Shown: positions 38,911-51,980, counted from the first letter of the stretch. The stretch is DNA of 64,000 nucleotides from Camelus dromedarius (GCF_036321535.1 NC_087437.1:85190001-85254000), one strand, 5' to 3'. Notes: generated from the sequence alone by a model not told the origin. A program made the numbers and translations.

Positions 38911-40750
38911 AACTCTTGGTCTCTCCTTCAAATTTGAATGATAGCCTTGCCAGGTAGAGTATTCTTGATACTAGATGTTTTTTTTTTTCCTTTCATCACT
39001 TTAAATACGTATCATGCCAGTCCCTCCTGGCCTGAACAGTTTCTGATGAAAAGTCAATTGATATCCTTATGGGAATTTCTTTGTATTTAACTTGTGTTTC
39101 CCTTCCTGGTTTTAATATTCTCTATGTTTAATTTTTGCAATTTTAATTACAATGTGTCATGTTCTGATCCCCTTGGATTCATCTTGTTTGGGACTCCCTG
39201 TGATTCCTGGACCTGGATGCCTATTTTCTTTCCTAGGTTATGGAAGTTTTCAGCTGTTATGTCTTCAAATATATTCATATTTGGTAGATTGATTGCATTT
39301 CCCTATATCAGAGAAGTAACCGCATGTAGAAGGTATTCTGTGGGCCCAGCAACAAATTCCCCTTTAGTCATCAGAGCTATATGCTCTAGATCTGCCCTTT
39401 ATGTGGGCTGTGTGAACCCTTCTGTTGTGGCAGGTTACTTCTCTAGGTATGCTGGTAGGTATAGCTGGCACTTGTACAGTTGGTTGCCAGGTCCTGCCTA
39501 TTTTGGATCCTTCCAGCCACTGGTGGTCAGGGCTAGGTTGTGACATAGCGGGCTGCAAGGCCCAGAAAGTGCCAGTCCTGGTACCTGCCCACTGGTTAGC
39601 AGGACTGGGTTACAGCTTTGCTGGCTGTGGAGCCCCTGGGTTTCCCAGGGCTAGTTCTAGCCCACTGGTGGATAAAGCTGGGCACTAGGGTAGCTGGCTT
39701 TGGGCCCAAGGTCTTGGAACTAATGTTGGCCTGCTTGTGGGCAGGGCCATCACCTAGGGTATTTCCTGCAGCTGTTGGGTAGGGCCAGATCCTGATAAGG
39801 CTGGCTGTGGAGTCCTTGGTGTCCCAGAGCTGGTCTTGGCCCACTGGTGGACAGGACAAGTGCCCACAGGATTGCAGGGCTCGTGGTCATCCACTCGTGG
39901 GTGATGTGGAGTCCTGAGCCTAGTACTGGACCACTGGTGGGCAGAGCCAGGTCCTGGGATCTCTGGCTGTGAGGCCCAGTGTTCTCAGAGCTGGTGCCTG
40001 CTCACTAGTGTGTTGTGCCAGGTCTTGGACCCTCTGGTGATCAAGACTTCTTGCTGAGGCAGCTGGAGGCTCAGGGGGTCTTATCTTAGCTTCTTGCTGG
40101 TGGAGCCAGGTCCCAGTGCTAATAAGCTGGAGGGAGAATTCTAAAAGGAGGCTAGCCTGCACCACTGTCCTCATGGTAGAATAAGTTCTCCAAAATTGTT
40201 GCTGTGTGTATCTTTGTCCCCCAGTTGTCTCCTGCCTCTCCAGGAGGCTCTTAAAGATCAGCAAATGGGTCTGATCTCGGTTGGTTCTGACCCAGGCTCC
40301 TTTCAACCTATTGCTTTTTCCCTGGATCTTAGAGTGTGCAAGTTTTTGTGTGCACCCTTAAAAATAGTTTTTCTACAGCCCTCTGGCTCTCCCAGATATA
40401 TGCCCTGCTAGCTTTCAAAACCAAATGTGCTGGGGGACTCATCTTCCTGATGCAGGACCCCCAGACTGAGGAGCCTGATGTGGGGCTTGCATCCCTCACT
40501 CTTTGGGGAAAACCTCTACAATTGTAATTGTCCTCTGACTTGTTGGTTGCTTACCCAGGGGTATTAGTCTTGACTCCCCTCCTACCTGTCTTTTGGTTTC
40601 TTCTTTATATCTTTAGTTACAGAAGATCTTTCCTACTAGTCTTCAGGTTATTCTCATTGATAGTTGCTCTTAAATAGTTGTAATTTTGCTGGGCCCATTG
40701 GAGGAGGTAAGCTCAAGGTCTTCCTATTTTACCATCTTGGCCCCACTCCC
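38911..40750 (-). mobile_element. LINE-1 partial ORF1 plus 5'UTR
   Basis: Similar to 28500-28860 and 29330-31145; 5' end reads gggagtggggccaagatgg (YY1-like) on the minus strand. Confidence 0.9.
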
Positions 40751-40959
40751 AAGAGGCATTTTCTTAAAAATTCCAGATATGTGATGTAACTGCATTGATT
40801 ATGGAGACTGGAACAGATTATATGTGTCCTGTTAAAATGTTGTGGTCACCTCACCAAATAGCAGTTGGTTTTCCTGAGCATCATACAGAGAGGAGGTTCT
40901 TGGCAGAACTAGTGACCTTTGGCAAGATCTTACCAACAAATATTTAATATTTTCAATTC

Positions 40960-43900
40960 TACTGAAAATGATATTATTTTTACTTTCAGCTTTCCATTAT
41001 TTCTGCTAGAACATAGAAACACAAACAAGTTGCCTATATTGGTTTTATATCTGCAAACTTGCTAAATTCACTTTTCAATTTTAGTAGCTCTTTTATAGAT
41101 TCCTTCAGATTTTCTATATAGGTAATTATGTCATCTGCAAATAATGATAGTTTTACTTATTTTGTTTCAAAATTAGAGAATTTTTCTTCTTATTGCACTG
41201 GCTAGAAACTTTGGTATAGTGTTAAATAGAAGCGACAAGATCAGACACCCTAGTATTGGTTCTGATTTCATGAAACTATCATTCCATATTTTGCAAATTA
41301 AGCATAAAGAGCTAATTATTTTTCATAGATGACTTTTCTTGTTTGACACAGTTCCTTTCTCTGTTTTGATGAGATTTTTTAAAATCAGGAAATATCTTGA
41401 ATTTTTTCAATTTTTTTTTCCTGCATGTGTTAGGTATTTGTAATTTTCTTGTAACTATTATTTAGGTGGATTGATTTTAGAATGTTAAACCATCCTTGCA
41501 TTCCTATAATAAACCCCTTTGGTCTTAATTATTATCTTTTTTTCTATATTGTTCAATTTTGTTGTATTTTCTATTGCTAAATAATCACAAACTTATCAAC
41601 TTAAAGCAACACAGGTTTTACTATCAGTGTTTTTCTAGGTTAGGAGTCTTGACACAGCTTAACTATATATTTTGCTAAGTGTCTGAGGGGATTGTAATCC
41701 AGGTAGCAATCAGGTTGTATCCCTTTCTGTAGCTTAGATTTCTCTTCCATGCTCACCTGGCTATTGGTAGAATTCAGCTTCTGTGGTTGTAGGACTGAGA
41801 TCTTCACTTCCTTGCTATCTGAGAGTGACCCTCAGCTCCTGAAAGTCTCAGTACTCTGCAGTGTGGCTTACTCACAGGCCCTCTTAGAACACATCAGCTT
41901 ACTTCTTCAAAGTCAGAATGAAAATCACTCTTCAAGAAAAGTCAAGCATAATGTATTAAGTATGCCAAATAAATAAGCTGTAGAGATCTGCTGTACAACT
42001 CTGTGCTTATAGTTAATAATATTTATGATACACTTGAACATTTAAGATGATAAATCTCATATTAAGACCATAACAAGATAAATTTTTAAAAAATAGAATT
42101 GAGTACATAAGCATTTTTATCTGATTTAGTTAGGCCCACCCAGAATCATCATCTTTTTTATTATCTTAAAATCAACTTATTTGGAAACTTAATTACATAT
42201 GTAAAATTTCTATGCTGTGCGTTTGATTGTTCTGTAGTTTACTTCTATTATAATATCTTTCATTTTGGTATTAGAATAATGTCCTTATGGAATATGTTAG
42301 AATGCATTACATATTCTTCAGTTTTGAGAATTGTTTTTGTAGTTATTACATTATTTTCTTAATGAAATACTTGGTAGAAATCATCATTGAAGGCATCTGA
42401 GCCTGGAATTTTCTTTCAATGAAGGCTTTTAACTAAACTTTTGTTCTCTTTAATTGATATAGGCTATCATTTTATCAATTTCTTTTTGAGTGATCTTTGA
42501 ACATTTTGATTTTCAAAGAACATAAATTTTTTCTGAAATGTTTAATTTATTGGCATAAAGTTGTTCATAATATTCTTTACTATTTTATTATCTTTAGAAT
42601 CTGTAGTTATGGCACTTCTCTCATTCTCTCATATTGATAGTTTTTTTCCTCTATTTTTTTCCTGAATTTTCTAGCTAGAAGTACAGTAATTTTATTGTTC
42701 TTCTCAAATAAACACCTCTAGGTTTCACTGATTTCCTCTATTGTTTTTGTTTTCTATTTCATTGATTTATACTCTGATCTTTTTTATTATATTTCTCCTA
42801 CCCAATTTTTATTTTCTCTCCTTCCTCTTGTTTCTTCCACTGAAATCTGAGTTCTTTAGAAAATGGATTCTAATATAGGGATCCAGTGTTACAGATTTCT
42901 TCCTAACTGTTGCTTTAGTGGCATGCCACAAAGTTTGATATTGTTATTTCATTTTAATTCAGTTCAAAGGACATTTACTATTTCTTGATATTTTTCTTTG
43001 ACTCATAGGTATGTAGAAATGGATTATTTAATTTCTAAGTATTTGAAAATTTTCCAGATATCTTCTGTTAGTGATTTCTGGTTTACCTTGTATTCAGAGA
43101 ACAGACATTTTATCATTTGAACCTACTTAAACATATTGTGGTTTGTTTTATGGCTATAATATGAATTATCTTTGAAAATTTTTCTACGTCCACTTTAACA
43201 GAATTTGTTTTCTGTTGTAGTGTGGTGGAGTATCCTATAATGCCAATTAGGTTATATTTGTTAAGAGTGGTTCAAATCTTCTGTATCCTCCCTGCTTTTC
43301 TATCTAATGGCTTTGTCAGTTATTAAGGGAGGAATATTGAATTATCTGATTATAGCTGTGATTTTTTTTCAGTCTCTCTTTGCAGTTCTTTCAGTTTTTC
43401 TTCATGAATTTTTAACCCTTAATGTTAGGTAGGTTTAGGATTGTGGTGTATTACTAATAAATTGAATGCTTTGTCATTGTGAAATTATCTTCTTTACCCT
43501 AGTAATATTCCTTTTTCTGTAACTACTTTGTCTGAAGGTAATAGAACCACACTTTGGCTTCACTTGATTAATGTTAGCATTGTATATTCTTTTTCATCTT
43601 TTTAACTTATTTTTGTCTTTATATTTGAAGTGTGTTTCTTGCTGGCAGCATGTAAGTAGTTGGTTGTTGTTTTATATACAACCTTAAAATATCAACTTTT
43701 TATTTGGGGTAATTTACCATTTTATTTTAATGTTGTTACTGTTAATAATATTGGTATGATTTAGTTTAAATCTTTCATCTTGCTATTTAGTTCTATATGT
43801 CCAAACTGTTTTTGTTTTCTGTGTCCTCTTTTTCTGCTATTATTTGTATTGATTATTTTCTATGATTTAACTTTATTTTATTTATATAGTAGGTATATAA

Positions 43901-45740
43901 CTCTTTGCTAGTTTAGTAGTGTTCATGACTTACAGTGTGCATCTTTAATATATCATAGTCTACTTTAAAGTAATATTACAGAAATTCACATACAGGTTAA
44001 ATTTACAATTTATTAGTTCCTTTTCTACCCTCCCTACCTTTTGCGCTATTGTCATACATTTTATTTTTACATTTTTGTAAGCTGCACACTACAGTATTAT
44101 TTTTGTTTAAACAATACATTATATTTTGAAGAGATGAAACATTAGCAAAATAACTTTTATATTTACTGATGCAGTTTCCATATCCAGTTGTCTTTATATC
44201 TTTGTAAGGATCTGTATTTCCATCTAGTATTTTTTTTTTTTTAATTTGTCTGGAAGACATCCTGTAAGTTCTCTTGCAGTGTGGTCCACTGGTAACTAAT
44301 CCTGAAAAATTATTCATTTTGCTTTTGTGTTTGAAAGATATTTTTGCTGCATTTAGAATTGATAGGTAACAGATTTTTTCTTTCACTTTTGTTTTTTTTT
44401 CAATCTTTTAAAGATTTTACACCATTTTCTTCTTACTTCTGATAAATATTTAGTTATCTATATTTCTATTCCTCTGTACATGTTGTTTTTTCCTGAGTAC
44501 AGTAAGATATTCTATTTACCACTGTTTTTTGCTAAATTCATTAGAATTTATCTTGGTGTAGTTTTTATGTGTATGTGTTTTATCTTCTTAGAATGAGTTA
44601 TAATTTTCACCAAATTTGTAAAATGTCCAGATATCTTCAAATATTTTCCTATTGTGCAATTCATTAATTGTATAATTCATTAATTGTATGTATATTAAGG
44701 CACTGGATGTAGTTCCACAATTCACTGATTCTGTGATCTTTTTTTTCAAATTGTCTCTTATGTATTGATAATAGAAAATTTCTACTGCTACATCTTAAAG
44801 TTCACTAATTTTATTTTTCTGCAAAGTTTAAAACTATCTTTGATCTTAACTAGTATATTTTTCCACTTACACGTTATATTTTTCCAGACATTCAATACCC
44901 AGACTTTCAATTTGGGTAATATTATGCCTTCTGTGTCTTATTTTGTTAGACATTTGGAAAATCAGTTTTAATTATTATTTTTTTTAGTATCTTTGGTATT
45001 TCTAACAGTTATACTAAGTGTATGTCAGTTTCCATCAATTGGTTTATCATCATATTATAGGTCACATTTTTACATTTTAGATAATTTTGGTCGGGTGGTA
45101 GATGTCATTAATTTTGCCTTGTAAATATGTTTTATTTCTATATATTCTTGCATTATTTTTTGTCTGTGATTCAGTGAAGTTGTATAGAACAAGTCTGATA
45201 TTTTGGGTCTTGCTTTTAAGATTTGCTAGATATTAATAAAGCAGTGCTCAGTCTAGGGCTTATTATTTCCTACCTTTGAGCCTAATGCCTCCTGAATCTT
45301 AGGATTTTCCAGTCTGACGGTGATGGGCATTATTCCCAACTCTGCATTAGTAATAAACATAGTAACCACTAATTATTTTGGGTGGTTCTATCCTCAGACT
45401 AAGGTGAGTTTCCCTCAGGGATGCACTGATCAGTACTCAGTTGGCTGCTCCAGAGGGAACGTCTCTACAGATCTTCTGAGGTCTCTATGTATGTCAATGC
45501 CTTGACCTCTCTGTATTCTTCAGATTTATTTCCTAAATTTGAGGATCCCCTCAGTCTCCTCGTGGCATCTCTTTTTGTTCTGCTTCTTGAAATCACCCTC
45601 AAGGTCAATAAGCAGATGTAATTGTTGGGCTTAATTGATTGTTTCTCATATCTCTGGAATCACTTTTTCATTATCTGATAAAGTTTCTTGAAAGTTGTTT
45701 CATGTATTTTGTCCTTTTTGCTTTGTCTTTTCCATTATCA
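40960..45740 (-). mobile_element. Long old LINE-1 (RT region through ORF1 and 5' region), interrupted by an MLT1 LTR
   Basis: tatgtcatctgcaaata (LFADDI), ggcatctgagcctggaattttc, ORF 44003-44386 ILNAAKISFK (ORF1 C-terminal-like). Confidence 0.85.
41564..42200 (-). mobile_element. MaLR LTR (MLT1-like) containing a short plus-strand L1 3' end (~41960-42090)
   Basis: aacttaaagcaacac..tggtagaattcagcttctgtggttgtaggactgag..ttaggcccacccag..ttaattacatatgtaaaat; inner tagagatctgctgtacaac..gtgcttatagttaataat. Confidence 0.75.
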
Positions 45741-46716
45741 TTTTAATAATACTTGAGTTGTCTCTACACATGTAGAGCAGTATGGTAGAATGAATCAACT
45801 AAAATTTCTAAACTATAAACTATAAATTCAAGTTCATAAAAAACCTTAAAAATTCTCTTAAAGTCTCAGTTTGTGTGTGTGTATATAAATGTATGTGTAT
45901 GTTTGTATGTAAGGTTGTTGAAAATTCTAATCAAAGGAACATCAAGTTATGACCATTTTTCTAGAAATATATTATTAATTAGTTGAGTTATACCTCTTTT
46001 CCTATTAAAGTCAAAGTAGTAGGAAGAGAATCTCAATATAAGGCTTACTTGAAATTCAAAAAATGCAGATAGTCAAAGTTAGGAGTCCTTGAAAAATATT
46101 CAGGTGGTTTTTTTTCTTTGCACTTTGCTATGGGTTTTGCTTTGCATTTTCTAAACATAATAATTTTAAGAAAACATTATTTCATTATATTAATTACCTT
46201 TAACTATATGAGCAATCCAAATATCCAAGCCTTAAAAAGCATTTTCTGATTAGATAACTAAGTCCTAGCAAAAGAGGGATGGGAATCAACACTGAAGAGG
46301 TGTCAGGTTTTTGATACTAACATTAGAACAGTATCTGGGCCATTAGGGATTTTGGAATGTTCCAATTAGTAAAATCATCCCATGGATTTTATAAATGACT
46401 TTCAAGAAAAGCAAATCCAAAAGTCTGATCACACAGCACCATGTGCTGAAGCTGTTTACATGTGCTTGAACAGTGGGCATTCCGTCTCCCCACACTGGGA
46501 TGTTAATGCTTTGAGGAAGATGCTTGCAGTGTGACTGCAGAGCTCTGTTCCACTCTTCCGCTTTTCTCCTCCTGACAAGCTGCTAAAGATGGTAACTTAC
46601 ATGCCAGCTAGAGAGCCTTCCAAATACTTCAATAATTTTACCTTTCTTCCACTCTACAAATTTAGTAATATATTTATCACTTTGACTTATCACAGGGTGT
46701 TTATACCGAAACATCC

Positions 46717-47385
46717 TTTTTTAAAAATTTATCAAATTTGCTTTTTATTATGGATATTGTTATAGCAGAATATAAAAATTAAATGATAAAAATTTCTTAT
46801 AAGAGTACAATTTAACTTCATCTTAAAAACATTCATGTAATTTTTTTTTAAACTATACATACTCAGGCAAAAAAGTTCTTTGACTTAAACTTATGACTTC
46901 AGAATTAAACTCTAGAAATAAATGCTATGGCCATCTAGAAGTTTATATAGACAAATTGCATACAATTTTAAATTATAATGCAATATTTGTACACAGAATA
47001 ACTATATATACACTTTACTTACATTGCTGATATATAATACTTACCCAAACTGTCTTAAAAAACGAGGCTTAATATAGATTCAAACTAAGTACATCAGTCT
47101 CAATTACAACACTTCTTTCATAACTAATAAGAGATAATCCAAACATTTGCCGAATATAAAAAAAAAGTCCCATGCTTCATAGTGTGTTCTGGGATTTCAA
47201 TATACTCCATGAAGGAGTTCACTGCTGTGCTCACTTGTAAAGTTGGAGGAACTCTGGTCCAAGGGAGGTGACTGCCCTCCCTCCACTGCCCTCGTGCAGC
47301 TCAGGTGGATGGAGATCTGACTGAGTGAGTGAATGCAGCCCAGCAGCTTGGGAGGCCTGAGTGGAGGGGAGGGAACAGCAGAGTT
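46717..47385 (-). other. Putative 3'UTR of the CTAGE-like copy, with AATAAA (46744-46749) and a short A tract
   Basis: AT-rich stretch after the stop with no recognised repeat; minus-strand AATAAA about 22 nt before A6 at 46717-46722. Confidence 0.45.
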
Positions 47386-48011
47386 TTAAGATGAGGGTCT
47401 GTTCCTGGGAAAGGGGCCATCAGGATTTGGTGCTTGGTCCCCTGGCTGGTTTGTGAAAGCCCCTTGTGATGTGCTGATTCTCATGACCTCTTCCAGGAAC
47501 TTGAGCACTTTTAGCATCTCCGCCCTCCTTTGTATAGACTGCAGGGGTCTCTCTTTCTTCAGTTCTTAGACGAGAAAATTGATTTCCTTCCTCGGACTCA
47601 GGCTGACTGTCGTCAACTTTCTGTAAGTGTTAGCGAGGCTGGGTATATTTACTGGCTCCTTCTCTAGCCTGGCATTCTTTAACGTTGTCTCCATCTTGGC
47701 ACACTCCTTTTTAGCCACACAAAGCTTGCTGATGAGGTGGCATTCCTCCTCAATCTGTGCAGCCAGTGTTTTTGCCAGTTGCTTTTCATGTCTTCCATTA
47801 AGTCGACTTCTAACAGGCTGAATAAGTCTGGAAGTAAATAAAACACCCAGCAATAAGGTGAGGACAGGCGGACTCAACACTGTATCCCAGTGGAGGCTCT
47901 GGAACATGAACTGAGAACACAGGCCATTGGGCAGCAGCAAAACTAGGACCACACTCAGCTTCTTAAGGATCAGCCCAAAGCCAGGCTCCACAGAGGATAG
48001 CAGTCCCTCAT
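47386..48011 (-). pseudogene. CTAGE: Intronless CTAGE/MIA2(cTAGE5)-family pseudogene: N-terminal transmembrane segment plus start of the coiled coil
   Basis: ORF 47566-48120 contains EPGFGLILKKL..(hydrophobic segment)..VRSRLNGRHEKQLAKTLAAQIEEECHLISKL..KE..LKNARLEKE..SLANTYRKL..EINFL, resembling cTAGE QPYLGL..VRSRLYVGREKKLA..LIEEKCKLLEKF..EILCL; similarity continues past TAA 47566 (ELKKER) to TAA 47386; Kozak GCCATG at 48011 is out of frame. Confidence 0.85.
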
Positions 48012-48469
48012 GGCACTGATCCACCACAGGGCTCTGCCCAGTTACCGTGGAGCCACCAGCCACAAGAAGCCCCAGGGGACACCCCAACATTCCACCTGGA
48101 ACCCAGCCAGCAGCTAACATCCTGGATTGGTCGGTTATCTGGTCAGTGTCAGTGGGGAGGAGGGGAGTGGGTTGTCAGAGGAGAGGGTTGTAACTCAAAT
48201 GTCATTTTCTCCATTATTGTCTAATGGTAATTTTTTCTTACCTCTTTCTTTTTGTGTTTATATCTGTATACAATAAAAATATAGTGAAATGTGTCAGTGG
48301 AAAGTTTATGATTTCACATAATATATACCCTGTCACACATACTCTCATGACATGCATCCATCAATCTGATGGTGGCTGAACTTGATAAAAATGAAAAAAA
48401 TAACAATGTATACTTTGATGTCTGTCAATTTTGCTCTAAGCAATGGTTTTAGAGCTACATGTTTTTATT

Positions 48470-48602
48470 TGAATATGCCATTCATTCTGTATGTAGGGCT
48501 GAATAATTTGACCTTGTAAGATTATATCACAAAATATTACTTCATTCTCTTAATAATGGACATTTGGGTTAGTTCAGGTGTGGGTTATTACGAATAAATA
48601 TT

Positions 48603-48636
<34 letters not shown>

Positions 48637-48890
48637 CATCTTTTTTCTAAATACCTGTTTTCATTTATCCTGTGAGATAAATACCTGGAAGCAGCTATAT
48701 TGTGTGGATATGTGCTAAATACTCCTTCATTTTGAAAGAGATTTCTTGAGATATAATTTACATGCCATAAAATTCACTCATTTAAATACAAAATTCTTTG
48801 GTTTGTGTGTAAATGTGCAGAGTTGTTTCCCTCACAATCCTGTTTTAGAACAGTTCTATCACAGGAAAAAAATATTTCTCAATCCACACT
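48470..48890 (-). mobile_element. Old LINE-1 3'UTR fragments with (TG)n at ~48603-48628
   Basis: aatggacatttgggtt..; cttgagatataatttacatgccataaaattcactcattta. Confidence 0.6.
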
Positions 48891-49107
48891 TTTCTTACCA
48901 GCTTCATTTGATAGTCAGTCAGTCTCTCTCTTTGAAATGCTTCCATGATATAGATTCCAGTTCAGTACATCCTACCGTTTTTATAATTGTTTTTGTTGTT
49001 GGTTTCTGTTTTTTATGAACTGACTGGCCTTTCCTTCTGTGACTCCACTGATAGTTTCTACTTTTCTTCCAAACCCTTGAGCGTTAGTTTGACTTAGGAA
49101 TTAGTTC

Positions 49108-49440
49108 TTTTTTTTTTTTTTTTCATAGTTTACATTAGGGTTTACTCTTGATGTTGTACATTCTATGGGTTTTGACAAATGCATAATGACATGTAGCCAC
49201 TACAGTATCATACAGAATAATTTCATTGTCCTAAAAATCCCTTGTGCTCCATCTACTCATTCCTCACCCCACCTCCCCAAACTCCTGAAAAACACAATTT
49301 TTTTTATTGTTTCTGTAGCTGTGCCTTTTCTAGAATGTCATTTGGTTGGAATCGTACAGTTTGTAGCCTTTTCAGATTGGCTTCTTTCATTTAGTAATGT
49401 CTTTTAACTTTCTTCTATGTCTTTCATGGCTAGATAGATT
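49108..49440 (-). mobile_element. LINE-1 3' end (L1MC1-like)
   Basis: T tract then catagtttacattagggtttactcttgatgttgtacattctatgggttttgacaaatg..ttttcagattggcttctttca. Confidence 0.85.
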
Positions 49441-49569
49441 TTTTTTTTGCTGCACATATATCTTTTAATTTACATATAGGTACTGTTCATTGTTTCAAAG
49501 AACATTTAGATATTTAGCTTTTTAAACTTACGTAGTTATCAAAGGAATAAAGCCAACCACAAAATAAGA

Positions 49570-50088
49570 ATTAACTCAAAAGGATACATACACCCTGCTA
49601 TTAACAGCAACATTATTTATAATTGCCAAGCTATGGAAGCATCCTAAGTGCACATCTAATTTGAATAGATAATGGAGATGTACACACACACACACACATA
49701 TATGCAATGGAATACAACTCACCCATAAAAAAGGGTATTTTGCCTTTTGCAGCCCTTCATTCACTTTTTTTTCCACTTCAAAAACCAAAATTTTATAACT
49801 GGCAAAGACATTTCAATTACATCAAAAACAACAAAATACCTAGAAATAAACTTAACCAAGGAAGTTACCTATACTCTGAAAACCGAAATGACACAAAGAA
49901 ATGGAAAGATTTCTTGTGCTCTTGGATTGGAAGTCAACACTATCAAAATGGCCACATTACCCAAAGCAATCCACAGATCCAGTGCAACCTCCATCAAAAT
50001 ACTTGCAACATTCCTCATAGAACTAGAACAAACAATTCCACAATTTATAAGGAACCCAAAAGACCCCAAACAGCCAAAGCAATCTTTT
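49570..50088 (+). mobile_element. Two plus-strand LINE-1 fragments (ORF2 end/3'UTR ~49570-49752; post-RT ORF2 ~49790-50088)
   Basis: [33 protein letters not shown] motifs in ORFs 49747 and 49707. Confidence 0.88.
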
Positions 50089-50094
50089 GTAGGT

Positions 50095-51980
50095 CTCTCT
50101 CTCTCTCTTTTTTTTTTTTTTTCCTCTTTTTTCTTTTTGCTCTCTTTTCTTACGGTTTGATGACTAGAGAGAAGGTCCTTTAACATTTGTTGTAAAGCTG
50201 GTTTGGTGGTGCTGAAATCTTTTAGCTTTTGTTTATCTGTGAAGCTTTTGATTTTTCTGTCAAGTCTGAATGAGACCCTTGCTGGACAGTGTTCTTGGTT
50301 GTAAGTTTCCCTCTTACATCACTTTAAATATATCATGCTACTCCCTTCTGGCCTGTAGAGTTTCTGCTGAGAAATCAGCTGATAACTTTATGGGAGTTCC
50401 CTTGTATGCTGTTTGTTGCTTTTCTCTTGCTAATTTTAATATTTTCTCCTTGTCCTTAATTGTTGTCAACTTGATGACTATGTGCCTTGGTGCGTTCCTC
50501 TTTGGGCTGATCCTGTGTGGTACTCTGCGCTTCCAGGAGTTGGATAACTGTTTCCTTTCCCAAGTTGGGGAAGTTTTCTGTTATTATCGCTCCAAAAATT
50601 TTCTCAGGTCCTTTCTCTCTCTCTTCTCTTTCTGGGACCTGTATAATGTGAATATTAGAGCACTTCATGTTGTCTCAGAGTTCTCTGAAACTATCCTCAT
50701 TCCTTTTTATTTTTTTCTTTTTTCTGTTCTGTGGTAGTGATTTCCATTAATCTGTCTTCTAGCTCACTGATCCGTTCTTCTGCCTTATTTAGTCTATTCT
50801 TGGTTTCTTCTAGTGCATTGTTCATTTCGGTGATTTTATTCTTCAACTCTGGGTATTCTTTATATTTTCCAACTCTTTGCTAAAAACTTCATTCTGCATC
50901 TATACTCCTCTTGAGTTCTCTGAAAATCTTGGCTGTCATTACTTTAAACTCTTAGATAAATTACCTATCTCCTCATCACCTATTTCTTCTGGGATTTTAT
51001 CTTGTGCCTTGGCCTGGGAGATGTTCCGTTGTCACCTCATATTGTCTATCTTTCTGTGTGTTTGTGGATTCCTTCTACGGGCTTAGGGATTATTGTTTTC
51101 TTATTTCGAGTATCTGTCCCTGATGGATGAGGTTGGACTAGAGGCTTATGCAGGTTTCCTGGCAGAAGGAGCCAGTGCCTGCCCACTGCTGGGTGAAGCT
51201 TGGTCCTGAACCTCTGGTGGGTAGGGCTGTATCTGGAGGCCTTTGTGACTTAGGGAGTCTGCTGATGGGGGGGGCTGTGTTCCCACCCTGTATGTTGTTT
51301 GGCCTGAGGCTTCCCTACAGGCTGTTGGGTGGGGCTGGGTCTTGATTCTAATGATCCAATCAAGATGTCAGCCTCTAGGAAAGCTCATGTAGATTAACAC
51401 TACTGGAATGTCCACCACCAGCTTTAATGTCCCCTGAGTGGGTCCCAGCCATCCCCCACATCCCCAGGAGACCCGACCAAATCCAGCAGGCAGGCCTGGC
51501 CCAGGTTCCTATGAAATCACTGCCTCTGCCCTTGGACCTTGTGCATGTGAGTTTCCATGTACGCTTCCCAAGAGAATGGAGTCTCCATTTCCCCCAGTCC
51601 CATGAGGCTCCCTGAGCCAAGCCCCCACTGGCCTTCAAAACCAGATGTCCTGGGGTCTCCTTCTCTTCCCAGTGCTGAGACCCGAGCCGAGGAGCCTGAT
51701 GTGTGGCTTAGAGCTCTCACTCCTGTGGTAGGGCCTCTGCGACTTAACAGATCTTCAGCTTGTGGGTCGCCCACACGAGGAGTATGGGGCCCAATTACAT
51801 CGTGAGCACACCCCTCCTACCATCCTACTGTGGTTCCCTCTCTATGTTTCCAGTTGCAGAAGGTCTTTATTGCTAGGTTCCGTCATTTTTCAGTGGTTGT
51901 TTAGCATTCAGTTATGGTTTTGCTGCAGTCGCGAGAAGAGGCAAGCTCATGGTCCTATCACTCTGCCATCTTGACCAGAA
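50095..51980 (-). mobile_element. LINE-1 inter-ORF piece, ORF1 and 5'UTR
   Basis: ORF 50456-50668 NIHIIQVPEREEREKGPEKIFGAIITENFPNLGKE is L1 ORF1p; YY1 motif CAAGATGGC at 51965-51973. Confidence 0.92.

Noticed and set aside
46710..48123. AACATCCT at both ends of the CTAGE-like copy as a TSD
   Set aside because: Only 8 bp, and the right copy lacks the expected T-rich endonuclease context
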